From positions 297,414,001 through 297,478,000 of the forward strand of contig OZ024741.1 of assembly GCA_964016885.1 (NCBI GenBank): a stretch of 64,000 bases of DNA, written 5' to 3'. The notes under the pieces are model-generated. The model saw only the letters and a list, made by a program, of their open reading frames with translations. It searched no databases and was not told the origin of the DNA. The DNA is from Eledone cirrhosa (lineage: Eukaryota). Within the stretch, counting starts at the first letter, position 1. Each line of letters starts with the position of its first letter. This document shows positions 1 to 13,260 of this stretch, piece after piece. The translations under genes and the position numbers were made by a program.

Positions 1-465
1 GTAAAGATGAAAGGCAAAGTTAACCTCGGTGGGATTTGAACTCAGAATGGCAAGGGCCGTAACTTCTATGCGTCAAAGCATGACGTCCGACCCTCTACCG
101 ATACTGCCAATCCACCACCCTCAATAATAATAATGATAATTGTTTCTACTTTAGGCACAAGGACAGCAATTTGAAAGGTAGGAGAAAGTCAATCAATACG
201 ACTCCAGTACGTTACTGGTATTTTATCGACCCCGTAAGGATGAAAGGCAAAGCTAACCTTAGCGGGATTTGAACTTAGAACGTAAAGGGACGTAATTCTA
301 TGCCACTAAGCATGTCTAACGCTCTACCAACTCTGCCAATCCACTGCCCTTATCATAATAATAATTGTTTCTACTTTTGGCACAAGACCAGCAATTACCC
401 AGTGTATTACTAGTACTTTATTTTATCGACCCCGTAAGGATGAAAGGCAAAGTTAACCTCGGCGG
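1..465 (-). mobile_element. Cluster of three partial/complete copies of a tRNA-derived SINE (octopus OR/OK-like family)
   Basis: Recurring block GATGAAAGGCAAAGTTAACCTCGG..GGATTTGAACTC (B-box-like GAGTTCAAATCC on - strand) with TTTTATCGACCCC and a (TAA)n tail; the same block recurs at ~4140, 14050, 15490, 18250, 54880 and 59520. Confidence 0.75.
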
Positions 466-524
466 AATATAATAATGACTGTGAAGTACTGCAGTGGTTG
501 ACAAAAGGTAAAATGGTTCTAATA

Positions 525-2090
525 ATGAAATAATGTCTGCCTTGATGTTGAAATTGCTAGCAAGCATTATGTCTGAGGAAATCGACCACCACCTTGACAT
601 AAACAACTTATTGCTGGAGGAACAGAAAGGATGCCAAAAGAAGTCCTGTGGTACAAAAGATCAGTTACTTATTGACAAAATGATATATTGCCATAGGATG
701 GATAGATTACAAAAAGGCAATCGACATGATTCCTCATTCTTGGATAACTAAGTGCCTAGAAATCTTCAAGGTGGCAGACAACATCAGACTGCTATTAAGT
801 AATAGCATGAAGAACTGGGAGACAGATTTAATATCGGGAAGAATCCTTGGGAGGAGTGAAAATCAAGAGAGGTATCTTCCAAAGAGATAGTCTTTTCCCT
901 TTATTGTTTGTCTTTATCTTCATACCCTTGTCCCTTGCATTGTGAAGCGTGAAGGTAGGATACAAACTGGGAAGAGGAGAACTTACCATCAAACACTTCC
1001 TCTTCACGGATGACCTAAAACTCTTTGGGAAAAGTGAGGAAGAGTTAGATGTACTTGTTAACACTGTTCATATTTTCAGCAATGAGATATGTAAAGAATT
1101 TGGTGTTAATAAGTTTAGAGCCCTAGTGATGAGGAGAGGTAAATTAAAGAGAAGCAAAGGAATTGAGATACCAACAGGTGAGATGATAAAGGAGATCGAC
1201 ACTGAAGAAGGATATAGGTATCTGTGTGTTTTGGAGGCAGATAACATCAAGGACAATAAAATGAAGGAGATGATAAGATTGGAATACATAAGGAGGGCAA
1301 GGAAAATACTAAAATCACATCTGAATAGTAGAAATGCCATAAGTGCAGTAAATTCCCAAGCTGTGTCTATTATTAGGTACAATGCGGGGATTCTTAAATG
1401 GAATGTAAACAAGCAAAAAGAACTGGATAGAAAGACAAGGAAATTTATGACTATCTACAGAATGTTTCATAAGTAGGGTGATGTTGATACTTAAAGAAAT
1501 CTGAAGGTCTGAGAGGTCTTATCAGCATGGAGGACTGTTATAGATGGAGAAAAGCTGTTTATATAAATATGTGTCTGAGAGTAACAAGCCAATGCTTAAG
1601 GCTGCATTGAAGGAGGAGATAAAAGACAAGGGGATGTCCAAGAAAGAAGTAACAATAAAGAAGAACAACCTGAATGGAAAAACCCTTCATACAATCTTCT
1701 TGAAGAAAACAGAATTCAGAAATCTGCAGACATGGGGTTGGTTAAAGAAAGGAGACCTTAAGAAAGTTATAGCAGGAATGCTACTGACTGCACAGAAGCA
1801 AGCATTTAGAATAAAGTGGATAAAACATCACATTGACAAGGAGGAGGATCTGTGGAGAGAGAGAGGAAACTGTGGCTCATATTGTATCTGAGTGTAAACA
1901 TCTAGCTCAGACCCATTATAAAGGATGGTGGCATGATATCATAGGACAAGTGATCCACTGAATAATTTATCTCATTCTGAGAAGTGGCATGAGTACAAGC
2001 CAGATTCGGTGATAGAAAACGATTGGGTGAAGGTGTTGTGAGATTTCAGGATATAAACAGATAAAGAATTAGAACACAATAGGCCTGTCC
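525..2090 (+). mobile_element. Degenerate Dong/R4-clade non-LTR retrotransposon (RT to REL-endonuclease region), frameshifted
   Basis: Fragments QKGC..GTKDQLLIDK, RGIFQRDSLFPLLF, HFLFTDDLKLF, LDRKTRKFMT, WGWLKKGDLKK..LLTAQKQA and downstream ETVAHIVSEC..HD..IENDWVKVL.DF..TDKELEHNRP, typical of R4/Dong elements. Confidence 0.8.
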
Positions 2091-2093
2091 TTG

Positions 2094-2302
2094 TTGACAC
2101 CCAAAGCTGTTCCCAGGCCATCATCGCTCATCCTTTCCACTAACCATCTACAGAAAGCAAGTATTATTTTGTCCATAATCCCCAACCAAAAAATTGTCAG
2201 GAAAGAGTCTGTTCAGATTGTTCTTCTTGATACCCAAAGCTGTTCCCATGCCATCATTACTCTTACCTTACACTAACCATCTATAGAAAACAAGTATTGT
2301 TT
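2094..2302. repeat. Imperfect ~75-bp direct duplication (spacing ~133 bp)
   Basis: TTGA(C/T)ACCCAAAGCTGTTCCCA.GCCATCAT...ACTAACCATCTA.AGAAA.CAAGTATT at ~2094 and ~2227. Confidence 0.7.
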
Positions 2303-3006
2303 TCTGGCCACCTATTGCCAACTAAGGCATTGTGAGCACCTGGCAGAACTCTAGATGCCAAGAACCTAACATAGGTTTATACTTGACACAGGACTGTAGT
2401 CAAGGAGACAAGCTGTAGAAAGACATGTCACATGAAAGGTACCCATACTGGGTGAGCTTTGTTTTGTTGTCATTAGCATTGCAGTGCTTGAGATAATTCT
2501 GCAGGTGCATTAGCCATAATATCTGCACTTCATTAGCAATGGCATGCCAAGGTGATCATGGAAAGGATGTTAGTAGTATATGGATTTTCTGAAAATAGGA
2601 CTTGTCTCTTTCACAAAAAGCAGAAAAGCAATAACAACAACAGAAACAACATCAACAATAATAATAAATGATTGTTAATTGATGCGTCAACTCCATAGAC
2701 AATAATATACGAATAGGCTATAGAGCTGGTAAACCCTAAAGGGATGCAACACACATCGCTATAGCGTTTCACTAACCCCTTCCTTCTGTTGTCTGTATCT
2801 GTTTATGTATTTATGTGTAGATGTGTGTGCATGTTACCAAAGCATAATGTATGTTATGAAATGACGACTAAATGATTTTAACTTGTTTTTTAGCAATTGA
2901 TGGTGGAAAAGATTTCAAATTGTCTTAACTCAGGCTGCAACTCATGGTGTCTGACACTCTTACCGGCTACATAGCCTCTTCCAATAATATATTTATAAAA
3001 AAATTA

Positions 3007-3315
3007 AGAAATAGACAATATGCCCCCACCCCCTCCCACTGCAAAGTGGTCGTGGAGGTGCCACGGCAAAAAAGCGCCCAGCGCACACTGTAAAGTGGCT
3101 GTGTAGGCGCCACGGGAAAAAAGCACCCAGCACTCACTGTAAATGAGGTTGGTGTTAGGAAGGGCATCCAGCTGTAGAAACCAAGTCAAAATCAGTTCCC
3201 GTATGAGCAAGACAAGGTCAGCCGACCGGGCACTGCCCACAACAGGGCAACTCGTCTAACTCATGCTAGCATGGAAGAATGGACATTAAATGGTGATGAT
3301 GATGTGATGATGATA
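3007..3315 (+). mobile_element. RTE 3'-UTR-derived / SINE-like repeat with (GAT)n tail
   Basis: GTGTTAGGAAGGGCATCCAGCTGTAGAAA...CATGCTAGCATGGAA..GGAC.TTAAA.GGTGATGATGAT; the same sequence lies directly 3' of RTE ORF ends at 10794 and ~54600. Confidence 0.7.
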
Positions 3316-4139
3316 AAGATCTGGGGATAGAAATAACCTGGATGTGGATGATGAAAACAAAAACAACCTATATAATTGGTGTTCTGGAAATGAAAAAAAA
3401 ACAAAAAAAAACTGCAGATACATAACCAAGACTTACAAATATATACAGTATAGAAAAAATAGCACTACTAGGCACTGCACACACATTTGAAGAGTACTTT
3501 CAATATAATAGAAACAACACCACCAAAAACCACACTGCACATACCCAAGGCACACAGAGCTGTGCTCGGTAATGAAGTGATGAAACATAATGAAAATAAG
3601 ACTAATAATGAAAATAATAATTATATAAAAAAATATTAACAAAACATAAAAGCCATATCAGTGGTCATAACACTGCTATCCAAAAAATAGCTCTGCTAGG
3701 AACAGCCCACATCCTGCACAAGACATTAATTCAATAGCACAGCTCAAATAGATGACTCTCCACACACAACACACATCCTATCCATGCTAGCATGGAAAGT
3801 AGACGTTAAACGAGGATGATGATGATGATGATGAATACCTAATAAAATAAAACAATACAACTCACTCAACATATACTCTACAAGATTAATACCTAATGAA
3901 ATAACACAAATCACATTACACATACCATGCACACCAGAACAAACTAAAATAACACAAGAAACTAGAAGCTAAACTCCGTAACAAAATAAGATTGATGCAG
4001 TAGACTAACAGGAGTCTATACTCCCCTCCTCCCCAAACCCCCACAAAAATAAGAACATAATCCTGCACACATTAAGAATACTAAGGTGCACCAGGTGATG
4101 CAATAGAAACTTGTACGAAACTATAAAAAAAAATAGTGA

Positions 4140-4360
4140 TTTCTAATTTAGGCACAAGGCCAGCAAATTTTGGGGGAAGGAATAGGCAAAGTTGATGAAA
4201 TCAACCTCAGAATTTGACTGGTCCCTTATTTTATTGAACCTGGAAGAATGGAAAGAAAAGTTGACCTCAGCCAGATTTGAACTCAGACTGTAAAAAGTCA
4301 TAACTAGATACTGCAAAGCATTTTGTATGACACTCTAATAACACTGCAAACCCACTGTCT
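4140..4360 (-). mobile_element. tRNA-derived SINE copy (diverged)
   Basis: AGGCACAAGGCCAGCAA...GTTGACCTCAGCCAGATTTGAACTCAG, matching the copies at 1-465. Confidence 0.65.
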
Positions 4361-4536
4361 ATTTTCCATGCTTACATGGGTTAGATATATTAACAATAAT
4401 ATGCTGCTAATGCCTTCAAGGAGCGGTATGAATTTCTTAAAGGGGATATAGGAATAGTGAAGGAGAGAGAATACAGGGTATAGAGAGGGAAAGAGAAAGA
4501 GAATTTAGCCAGATGAAGGAAGAAAATAATTTTTAC

Positions 4537-4617
4537 TTGATTTTCAGCTGCTCGGACATATCCAGAGTTTGCTGTCATGGTAACAGCCTTCAAGGAGTCT
4601 CCGGTGCCAAATATAAT
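4537..4617 (-). CDS. C7orf25: C7orf25/UPF0415-like protein, internal exon ([27 protein letters not shown])
   Basis: Acceptor CTTCCCTCTACAG and donor GTAAAA; phase 0/0; peptide matches the recalled C7orf25 motif [26 protein letters not shown]. Confidence 0.9.
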
Positions 4618-4757
4618 CTGTAGAGGGAAGATAAAGATAGGCAGCTTAGTAAGATGTTTGGCTCAATCAATGTTCAGACATGAACATCGATAGTATGTGT
4701 ATATGTGTCTATCTAATTGTCTTATATTTATACACACGCACATGTACATACATAAAT

Positions 4758-4810
<53 letters not shown>

Positions 4811-5026
4811 CGTGCGTGTGTGAAATGTTTTTGCTTTTGATATGCCCACACTGACTTCGTAATAAGAATTCCTCCTCCATACCTGCTATCAGGAGTGTGT
4901 CTGGGGTTCTCCTATCTTTAGATAAGTGCATCTGCTGATGTAGACAAGGTGCATCTAAGTGTGATAACTAATCTCTCAGAGGTTGAGCTCCCAAGAGCAA
5001 TTAAAGAGCTCAAATCTTTTAAATTC

Positions 5027-5338
5027 TTAACACTTTGTGATGATTCAACAAAAAATATCTAAAAATAGGTCTGTTGATTCAAATCTTTATAAGTGGATAG
5101 ATTATTGTGAAAATTTTCAGTATTTGTATAGTCATAGTGCTGTTTTGCTCATTTCAAGAATGTCTTGCTAATGTAGTTTGTCAATATAAATGCTTATAGC
5201 ATTTTTACAAGTGGAGAGATTGTTGGGAAAATTTGTAGTATTAGTGTAAAGACTTTAATATTTAATGTGATGTAATCATAATGCTGTTTTGTACAAAAAT
5301 GTCTTGTTAATGTAGTTTCATGCAGTACAGGATGCTAA
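5027..5338. mobile_element. Non-autonomous DNA-element-like repeat (second copy ~9988-10240)
   Basis: Shared segments AAAA.TATCTAAAAA.AGGT, AGTCATAGT.CTGTTTT..CATTTCAAGAATGT and terminal TACAGGATG.TAA in both copies. Confidence 0.5.
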
Positions 5339-5412
5339 ACATTGACCATGAATCTAACTTTCATTTTTGTTTGAATTTCTATAAAAATATGAGAGAGGAA
5401 ACAATAACATAC

Positions 5413-5597
5413 CTTTGATCTTTCTTTCAATTTACTGGTAGTTGGTAAAGACAGAGCCCTTATAGAGGGGTTGTCAGCCAGAACCTCAATCTGTGATATC
5501 AATTCTTCAGCTCTCTCACATTCTGATGGTCCACCTAATGTGTCCAGTATTGTCCGAAAATCCCTCATTGCAGTCTCACAGCAGCACAACTTCTTCC
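5413..5597 (-). CDS. C7orf25: C7orf25/UPF0415-like protein, internal exon ([30 protein letters not shown]...KERSK)
   Basis: Acceptor ACTGCAG and donor GTATGT; phase 1/0 joins the flanking exons in frame; matches the recalled [24 protein letters not shown]. Confidence 0.9.
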
Positions 5598-5628
5598 CTG
5601 CAGTGGTCAAGAAATAGAAGTGCTAATG

Positions 5629-5688
<60 letters not shown>

Positions 5689-7354
5689 GTGGCGGTAGTA
5701 GTCGCCACCGTCGCATGTTAATTTCACAGCAGGCTGTTCTGTTGACTGAACAACTGTAACATTTGGTGGCAGAACCATCAAAGGTTCAGCACAGTGGCTG
5801 ACCTGAGCCTAAATAATAACAATAATGAACCTCTCTGTGGTCACTTGATCTGCTAGCAATAGCCAAATCTCACCCAAATGACACTCTACAACCTTGTAAA
5901 GAGAAGACACTTAGGATGATATGGTAGGAGATAGGCTGATCGTTGCTGGAGCACAATTCTGGCTTGCTGGATCAGGGCTCACCCAGGGTTAAATAACAAC
6001 AACAACTGTAACAATTACATTATACCACCACCACTACAACTATTATGAGCCCTCCTACTACAACAATCATCATGACTCCCATTATCAGAACCACCACCAG
6101 CACCACCACATCATGACCAACACCACCTCAACAATCCCCATCAATATCACCACCATCACCACCACTAACCCCACAATACCTACTAACATGATGCCCCCCC
6201 CACTCCCATCACAACCACAATAGCCACCAACATGATACCCTCAACAACCAGTGCCACAATAACAACTGCCACCATAACCAACATAGCACCCATCATCACC
6301 ACCGTCACCACTTTGGCTCCAGGAGTGAGATATTTATCTACGTCAAGAGTTGTCACGGTAACCATTCCACATCTTCATTCTCACTTATATATTGAGAGGG
6401 GAGACTATATTGGAGAGGAGACCGAATGTGTGTTTATTTAAATGTACACACACATATATAAACACACTTCATCATCACTTTCCACACTAGCATGTGTCAA
6501 ATGGGTTGTCATGATGTAGGTCTAGACTGGTCTGGTGACCACATCTTGTTCATACATTCCATATTTGGCATGGTCTCTATGACTGTGTGCCCTTCCTATC
6601 ACCAACCACCTTACAGGGGGTACTGGCTGCCTTTTTTGTAGTATGAGCATTACTACTTTACAGCATACACTAGGTGCATTTTATTGTGGAACCAGCACTA
6701 CCATAGTACAGGGTGACCCAAGTATGTTTTATTATAGCACAGCACCTGAGAGGTTTTCACAAGATCATCCAGACTGGAGTCCTCTTAGACCCTATATTGT
6801 CTGCATTAGATTGCCAAATGCTGTAACTTCTGGTCTCTCACCATGTTTAATTTTAGTGTTGCATCATTACCATAATTTCATATATGTATCATCATCATCA
6901 TCATTATCATCTTATGTCTCTTTTCCACTCTAGCATGGGTCTGACAACTTAGATAACCATATCTTGCTAACAGATTCCATATTTTGATATTAGGAAGTTG
7001 GTGTTATGAAGAGTTTCAAAGTATTTTCCTATTATGCGCTGTTTTGGATGTATTAAATTACAGACAAGCACACAATCACAGAGTTTTAGTAGTATATAGA
7101 TAAACACTTACCCCCCCCCCCCCAAAAAAAAACCATGTCGTGCATCATTAAATGAATGGCAGTTTCAGGCGGTTTGGTATCAAAAGGGTTACTCTATCAC
7201 CCAGTTTAACATCTGCCAGCTGGCCCTTGAGTGCCTTTAACATATATGATTGGAGATCTGGAAATACTGTTTCCTACTGCAGCAAATCATTCGGTTTAGT
7301 TTCCTGCTAGAAATATCAGTTAAGTTTCCTTTAAATTATTAACTATCTTGCCAA

Positions 7355-7732
7355 CAACAACCCTGAGCACCTTTTTGATTTTCATGTGTCTAACATGTGG
7401 GCATGCCTACAAAGTCAGAAAACAGCACAGCTCCCATGACTTTCGGAAACATTTTTTCACGCTCAGAGTTGCTGAAGCATGGAACAAATTATCTGCATCA
7501 GTTATTAGCTGTCGAGACACTGCATCCTTTAAAATCTCCATGCTTCCTGAGATTCGCCAACACTACACCTGATGTTCCCCCTCCAACACACGCACACATG
7601 TATTTCATGACTCGTACACTGTTTATTTTCCTGACATTTGTACATTATTCTATGTATTATACATGCACCTTTGATGAGTTGTAGTGCACCTGAGCACTGT
7701 ACACAATAATTTAATTATTATTATTATTATTA
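7355..7732 (+). mobile_element. CR1/L2-type LINE 3' end with (ATT)n tail
   Basis: TCGHAYKVRKQHSSHDFRKHFFTLRVAEAWNKLSASVI..ASFK is the typical CR1 ORF2 C-terminus, followed by a short UTR and (ATT)n. Confidence 0.75.
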
Positions 7733-7880
7733 TGGGGGCACATGGCTTAGTGGTTAGAGGATTGGCCTTGCAATCGAAAGGGTGTGAGATCAATTCTTAG
7801 ATCGGGCGATGTGTTGTTTCCTTGAGCAAGACACTTTATTTCACATTGCTCCAGTTTACTCAGCTGTAGAAATGAGATGA
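7733..7880 (+). mobile_element. tRNA-derived SINE, second family (5' part)
   Basis: A-box TGGCTTAGTGG, degenerate B-box, then TGTT.CCTTGAGCAAGACACTTTATTTCACATTGCTCCAGT; reverse copies at ~18790-19040 and ~56700-57100. Confidence 0.7.
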
Positions 7881-7904
7881 TAGGGACTGGGGTCCATATC
7901 ATTC

Positions 7905-8085
7905 CACTGTAAAGTGGACGTGTAGGTGCCACAGCAAAAAAGCACCCAGCACTCACTGTAAATGAGGTTGGTGTTAGGAAGGGCATCCAGCTGTAGAAAT
8001 CAAGCCAGAATCAGTTCCCGTCCCACCCTTGCAAGCAGGGAAAAAAAGCGGACGTAAAATGAAATAATGAATGATGATGATGATT
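7905..8085 (+). mobile_element. RTE 3'-UTR-derived repeat fragment
   Basis: Near-identical to 3085-3200, ends in GATGATGAT. Confidence 0.65.
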
Positions 8086-8439
8086 ATTTAGAATTTACAG
8101 AGTGTTTTGGGTGCATCTTATGGCATTAGCATTAGAGAGGTTCTTAAGTCCTTCACAAGACCAAAGTGTCCTCTCTACTTTGTTGCTTTGGTTTGTTTAT
8201 CAACTATATTACAGGGTTTACTGAGTGCATTCCATCATTCCAACTACACTAATGAGGTTGTCCCGGCTCTGACTTTTGAGAAGACAGGTAGTCACCAATC
8301 TTTCACCACATTTACTTTTAACATCATTGCACTTGTACTGGTGAGTTTTTTTTTAGTACAGCGATTCACCAAGCCTCATGATCCAGTGTTGTTTCCTTAG
8401 CGAGGTTTACTCGGCATATCTTTATACAACTTTTGCTCT

Positions 8440-8830
8440 GCTTATGTATCACATATCCATACCAGTGTAAATGTTCACCACACCTGGTTCTTCTCTCAGT
8501 TCACTTGTGCACACTAACATTATACATCCAACAGAGCATGCATGCTGCATTCGTTTCCAGTCACTGCAAATCTTCTGCATTCATGACCCACATCTCGCTA
8601 TCCTGAATCATAGCAGTTTGAACACAAGCATCATACACACTACCATTCACTCTGAGAAAGAAACTCTTTGTTGCCAGCAGAGGTAATAGCTCCTTCAACA
8701 TTTTAGTGGTATAAACCAGATGATATGGCCAAACAGCATTTTCAAAGACAAAATTATTTATACACCTAAAAAATAACTCTCTCAAACTAAGAATATATCC
8801 CACAATATCATCTGGTTCACACATCCATAC
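8440..8830 (-). mobile_element. RTE-clade LINE fragment (ORF C-terminus)
   Basis: KELLPLLATKSFFLRVNGSVYDACVQTAMIQDSEMW, homologous to 10794-11340. Confidence 0.7.
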
Positions 8831-10403
8831 ACATTAAATGTAAAGACCGACAAGCTTTAGTAGCTAAACACTTTCCTACCCATCACTATTACAGGAAATG
8901 TTTAAACAGAAATCTGTGGTACTCTAAATATGAAGAACATCATACACATAGTTATCATCATTATCATTTTATGCCACTTTCTATGCTTGCATGGGTTGCA
9001 TTGGTTTTTTTCCAGCACAGTCTGACTTCACTTATTGCATTTCTTCATTTCCTCTGTGATGTTCAGCATTTTGAGGTCAGGTCTCACCACTTCTGCCCAG
9101 GTCTTCATCAGTCTTCTTCTGCTGTAGTTTCCTTCTACTGGGATGTCCTGACACTTCTTCATCCAGCTACCATCATCCACATATATCAGATGTCCAGAGT
9201 AATGCAGTCATCTTTCATACACTCTACACCTCGTACCCCCAGTTTTCTCTTAGTTCTTTCATGTTTTGTTGTTTATGATAAAAAACTGCAAGGGCTACAG
9301 AAATAGGATGTGAATGTAAAGACACAAATGCAATGCCTTTTGGTCAATGATCCTTCATTGTAGGTAGATGTAATGTAAACAATGGCAACTTCTGCCAGTT
9401 TCTTGAAATCACATAAACTATACAATAAAATGAAAATGGACAGTTCAAATCTATTACAATAATTTTCTTTCATATTCATCAAACAATTTAATTCTAAACA
9501 ATTTTTTTTTACTAATAAGTTGAAATTTCAGCAGATATGTGGAAAAGAGTTTATTTGATATCCTGAGTGTTGTGACAGTTCCTTTTCTTTATGTACGTAG
9601 AATGTAAAAATGTCTATTTGAACATTCAGTAGCTCACATTAAGTACTGACTTTGTCTGTGACAACCTGTCCAACCTTTGCTAGAAGGGTAAGCAGACATT
9701 GAACAATGAAGATGATGATAATGATGTTGCGATATTTCCTTTCCTTTAAATAAATCATTCAGAATTTACAGAGGTAGGTCAATCAGGTATTGTTCTCTCA
9801 ATTTTATTACTGTTGAAGTAGTTGTCTGTGGTGTTTAACAGGACTTCCAGAAACTAGCAGAGGTTACCTTGATTACATTGTGCCCACCTACAATGAAGCT
9901 AATAGCAGCAGATTTGGATCCACTAGCTGCTTCTATAAGACATGTTGCCAAGAAAAATGTCTGCAATAGTAATTCTTTAGTCAATTCCTAACATCCTGTA
10001 ATGATTAAGCAAAAATTATCTAAAAACAGGTTTCTTAATTCAGATGTTTATAGTACCTTTACTAGTAGATAAAATGTGAAAATTTGCAGTATTAGAGAAA
10101 TATTTCAGTTTTTAATGTGATACAGTCATAGTACTGTTTTATACATTTCAAGAATGTTTTGCAAATGTCGTTTCATGTGACACAGGACATTAAGAGTTAA
10201 ATGGTAGATGTAGAATCATGTAGTACAGGATGTTAAGAGTCAACAAGCTACCTGCTAATGAGGCTTAATGTGCTACAGTACATTAACAGTTAACCTTTAA
10301 ATAAACTTTTAAAAAATAACAGCTTTCTTCTTTTGGACACATCTAATTACAAATCTTTGTACCTCTTATTGAAAAGAGATGTGAATGTATATATATATAT
10401 ATA

Positions 10404-11340
10404 TCATCATCATCATCATCAACGTTTAACGTCCGTGTTCCACGCTTGCATGGGTTTGGACGGGGGTAGTCCCACTTGAGGCAAGAGTGATTGTCTTGCT
10501 CGCATAGGACTGTCTGGCAGGTTTTCTACAGTTGGATGCCCTTCCTAACACCAACCACATTTACAGTGTGGGTCTGGGAGGTTTTTACCGTGTTGCCTAC
10601 ACGGCCATATTACAGCGTGGACTGTGTGTTTTTTTGTCGTGACACCTACACGATCTCATTTGTTTCGGCCTGGATGGTGTGGCACCAACATAACTTTACA
10701 TAGAAGGGGGCGGTGTGGATGGGGTGGGGGTGGTGGGACGGGGGTGTATTTTGTTAGAGATGCCTACTGACTGTAGTAGGTTTTACTTTGTATTTAGGTA
10801 AGGCGGGTCTTCTCTATTACTGAGTACCGCCAAAGGTCTCGGTCCAGTGACATTGTCTTGGTGAGGTGTAAGTGTGTGAGGTCGGAGTTTATCAGCTCGT
10901 CCCAGGTTTTTCTGGGTCTGCCTATTCTGTGGCTACCGTCTATCTTTATTGCCCTGCACTTTGTTATACGGCTATCGTCCTTCATGCGCATCACGTGACC
11001 ATACCAACGTAGCCTTCTCTCGAGTAAACAACATCTGATCCCTCTTATTTCTAATTTTTTCCTTAGTTCGTTTATGCTTTGTCGTTCACGTATATTACTA
11101 TTACACATCCAGCGGAGCATGCAAGCTTTGTTTCTCTCCAGTCTGCGTATATCCTCTGCACACAATGCCCAGGTCTCACTGCCATGCAACATTGCTGTTC
11201 GTATGCAGGCATCGTACAACCTGCCTTTCATTTTTAGGGAGAACCCTTTAGCGGCTAATAGTGGTATAAGCTCTCTGAACTTTTTCCACCCAGTTCTGAC
11301 TCTAGCTACTGTACTTTCAGAGCACCCTCCCCCACTGCTG

Positions 11341-11342
<2 letters not shown>
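10404..11342 (-). mobile_element. 5'-truncated RTE-clade LINE (ORF C-terminus 10794-11342 + 3' UTR + (GAT)n tail), flanked by (TA)n
   Basis: Open frame ARVRTGWKKFRELIPLL...YDACIRTAMLHGSETW...RRLRWYGHVMRM...GRPRKTW..DRDLWR; microsatellite tail. Confidence 0.85.
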
Positions 11343-11385
<43 letters not shown>

Positions 11386-11730
11386 GTGCATGCATGTGTG
11401 TATACAAGTACCTATATATAAACAGTCGATAGAGTGTATACATATATGGGTGTATGTCTGCGTACATAAATACCTGTACACAAACAGTTGATAGGACATG
11501 TGCATACATGTGTGTGTGTGTGTATGTGTGTGTGTGTGCATGTATGTGAGTATATATATATATGTGTGTATATGCTCAATTATCTATACATAAACAGTTT
11601 ATAGTGTAATCAACCATGAAACTGAAAAGGGGAGTAACCAGTAAGCACCTCTCTTGAAATCATCAACATTTAACGTACTTCATCAACATCAACATTTAAT
11701 GTACCTCATCATCATCAACATTTAACATAC

Positions 11731-13191
11731 CTCGCATGAAACTGAGCATAGAAGGTAGGACTGGCTTCTGTTGTTCTTCTTCAGCTTGTAGTGTAAGGAC
11801 ACATTCAGCGAAAATATAGTTACATCGTCCATGTGTGACTGCGGATACGAGTGTTATCAGAGTGGTGATGTCGAGGTTAATGGTTCGAATGTGAGCAGAA
11901 CCAATGAAATTCGTGTCTCTTTTGAGAGCCGTCACTGATAATGATGGCGAAGATGATGCATATGATAATGATGATGATGAAGATGGTAAGGGATATGATG
12001 ATGATGAAGGTGATGCATATGGTGAGAGACATAATGATGATGATGATAATGATGATGGTGGTGGTGGTGGAGGGAATACATTTGATGATGTTAATGATGA
12101 TACTGCTGCACACAGTGTTGCTGCATTGTTAGTAGCAGCTAGCTGTCTGATTGTAAAATCAGTAGGATCAGTAATAGATGTCATATTGCTACTGTCAACA
12201 TTAATGTCACTGCTGCCATTGTGGCTTGCATTGATGCAGGCTGTAGAATCAAATGTCCTTTGCTGCGAATGCATTAGCTGCAGCTGTGTCATGATGCATT
12301 TCTGAATCAACAACAACAGAGCCAAATTCTGCCGTGACACTCTCTCATCTTCATCATCATCATCATCATCATTGTTACAACTCACCTCTTCTTTCATGGC
12401 AACCTGCTGCAGATGCAGCATGGACTCATCAATGGCATTTTGCACCAACTTCTCAATCTGCAGCATGTGTTTATTGCCATCTGCACTTGTGATGCAGAAG
12501 AATGTACAATCAGACTTATGCAGTTGACTTCTTTGATTTGGGTTTGATTTTGGTATCTTGGGTTTGAACTCATCATTGAGTGCATTGCTGTGACTATTGT
12601 CATGTGCAAGTTGATTGTCAGCATCATTAGCATTGTTATTGTCATTAGCATCACCATCATTAACCCTAGCACCATGACTACTACCACCACCACTGTCACC
12701 ATCCCCAACACAACCATCATCATAACCACCACCACCACCACCACCATTATCACCATCCCCACCACCATCATATTCATCATCATCACCCTCACCATCATTC
12801 CCACCACCATTATCACCATCCTCACCACTATTGTATTCATCATCACCCCCACCCCCATCGCCATCATCATCATCATCATCATCATCATGTTCCCCACCAC
12901 CAACACCACCATCATCATCATCACCCTCACAATCATCATCATCATCATCATCATCATCAAAGTACTCTGGTACAGACATCAGTTTTTGCTTAGTTCTGTG
13001 ACTGACTGGCACCACGTTGCCATGGACACCAATGCCGAGCTGTCTCAACCAATCAGCCATTGGATGTGTGACTGCATTGAAGAAGACGAAATGCACCCTA
13101 GGAATGAGGTAGTTGATGGGGTGTTGCTGAGCACATTTCAGGTAGTCCTCCACCTGTTGTGTCATATCTCGCTCACTGAACTGACCACGGC
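11731..13191 (-). CDS. C7orf25: C7orf25/UPF0415-like protein, large internal exon with Asp/Gly/Ser low-complexity insertion
   Basis: Acceptor TTCCAG|GC CGT GGT CAG (G-R-G-Q-F) and donor G|GTATGT; phase 1/1; conserved ends QQVEDYLKCAQQHPINY..P.VHFVFFNAVTHPMA and INLDITTLITLVSAVTHGRCNYIF.E.VLT.QAEEE...PVLP. Confidence 0.9.
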
Positions 13192-13260
13192 CTGGAAGAT
13201 GGAGAAAAAGAAAGAAAAAAAAGAATGGGGCACAAAAACAAAAATATTAAAGTAAATACA

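Noticed and set aside
2090-4500. Search for the final C7orf25 exon (GV.F.VF.H..RALTE)
   Set aside because: Not found by eye; probably lies left of the window
7733-7810. Possible tRNA gene
   Set aside because: Degenerate B box, no clean cloverleaf, continues into a SINE body found elsewhere in the window
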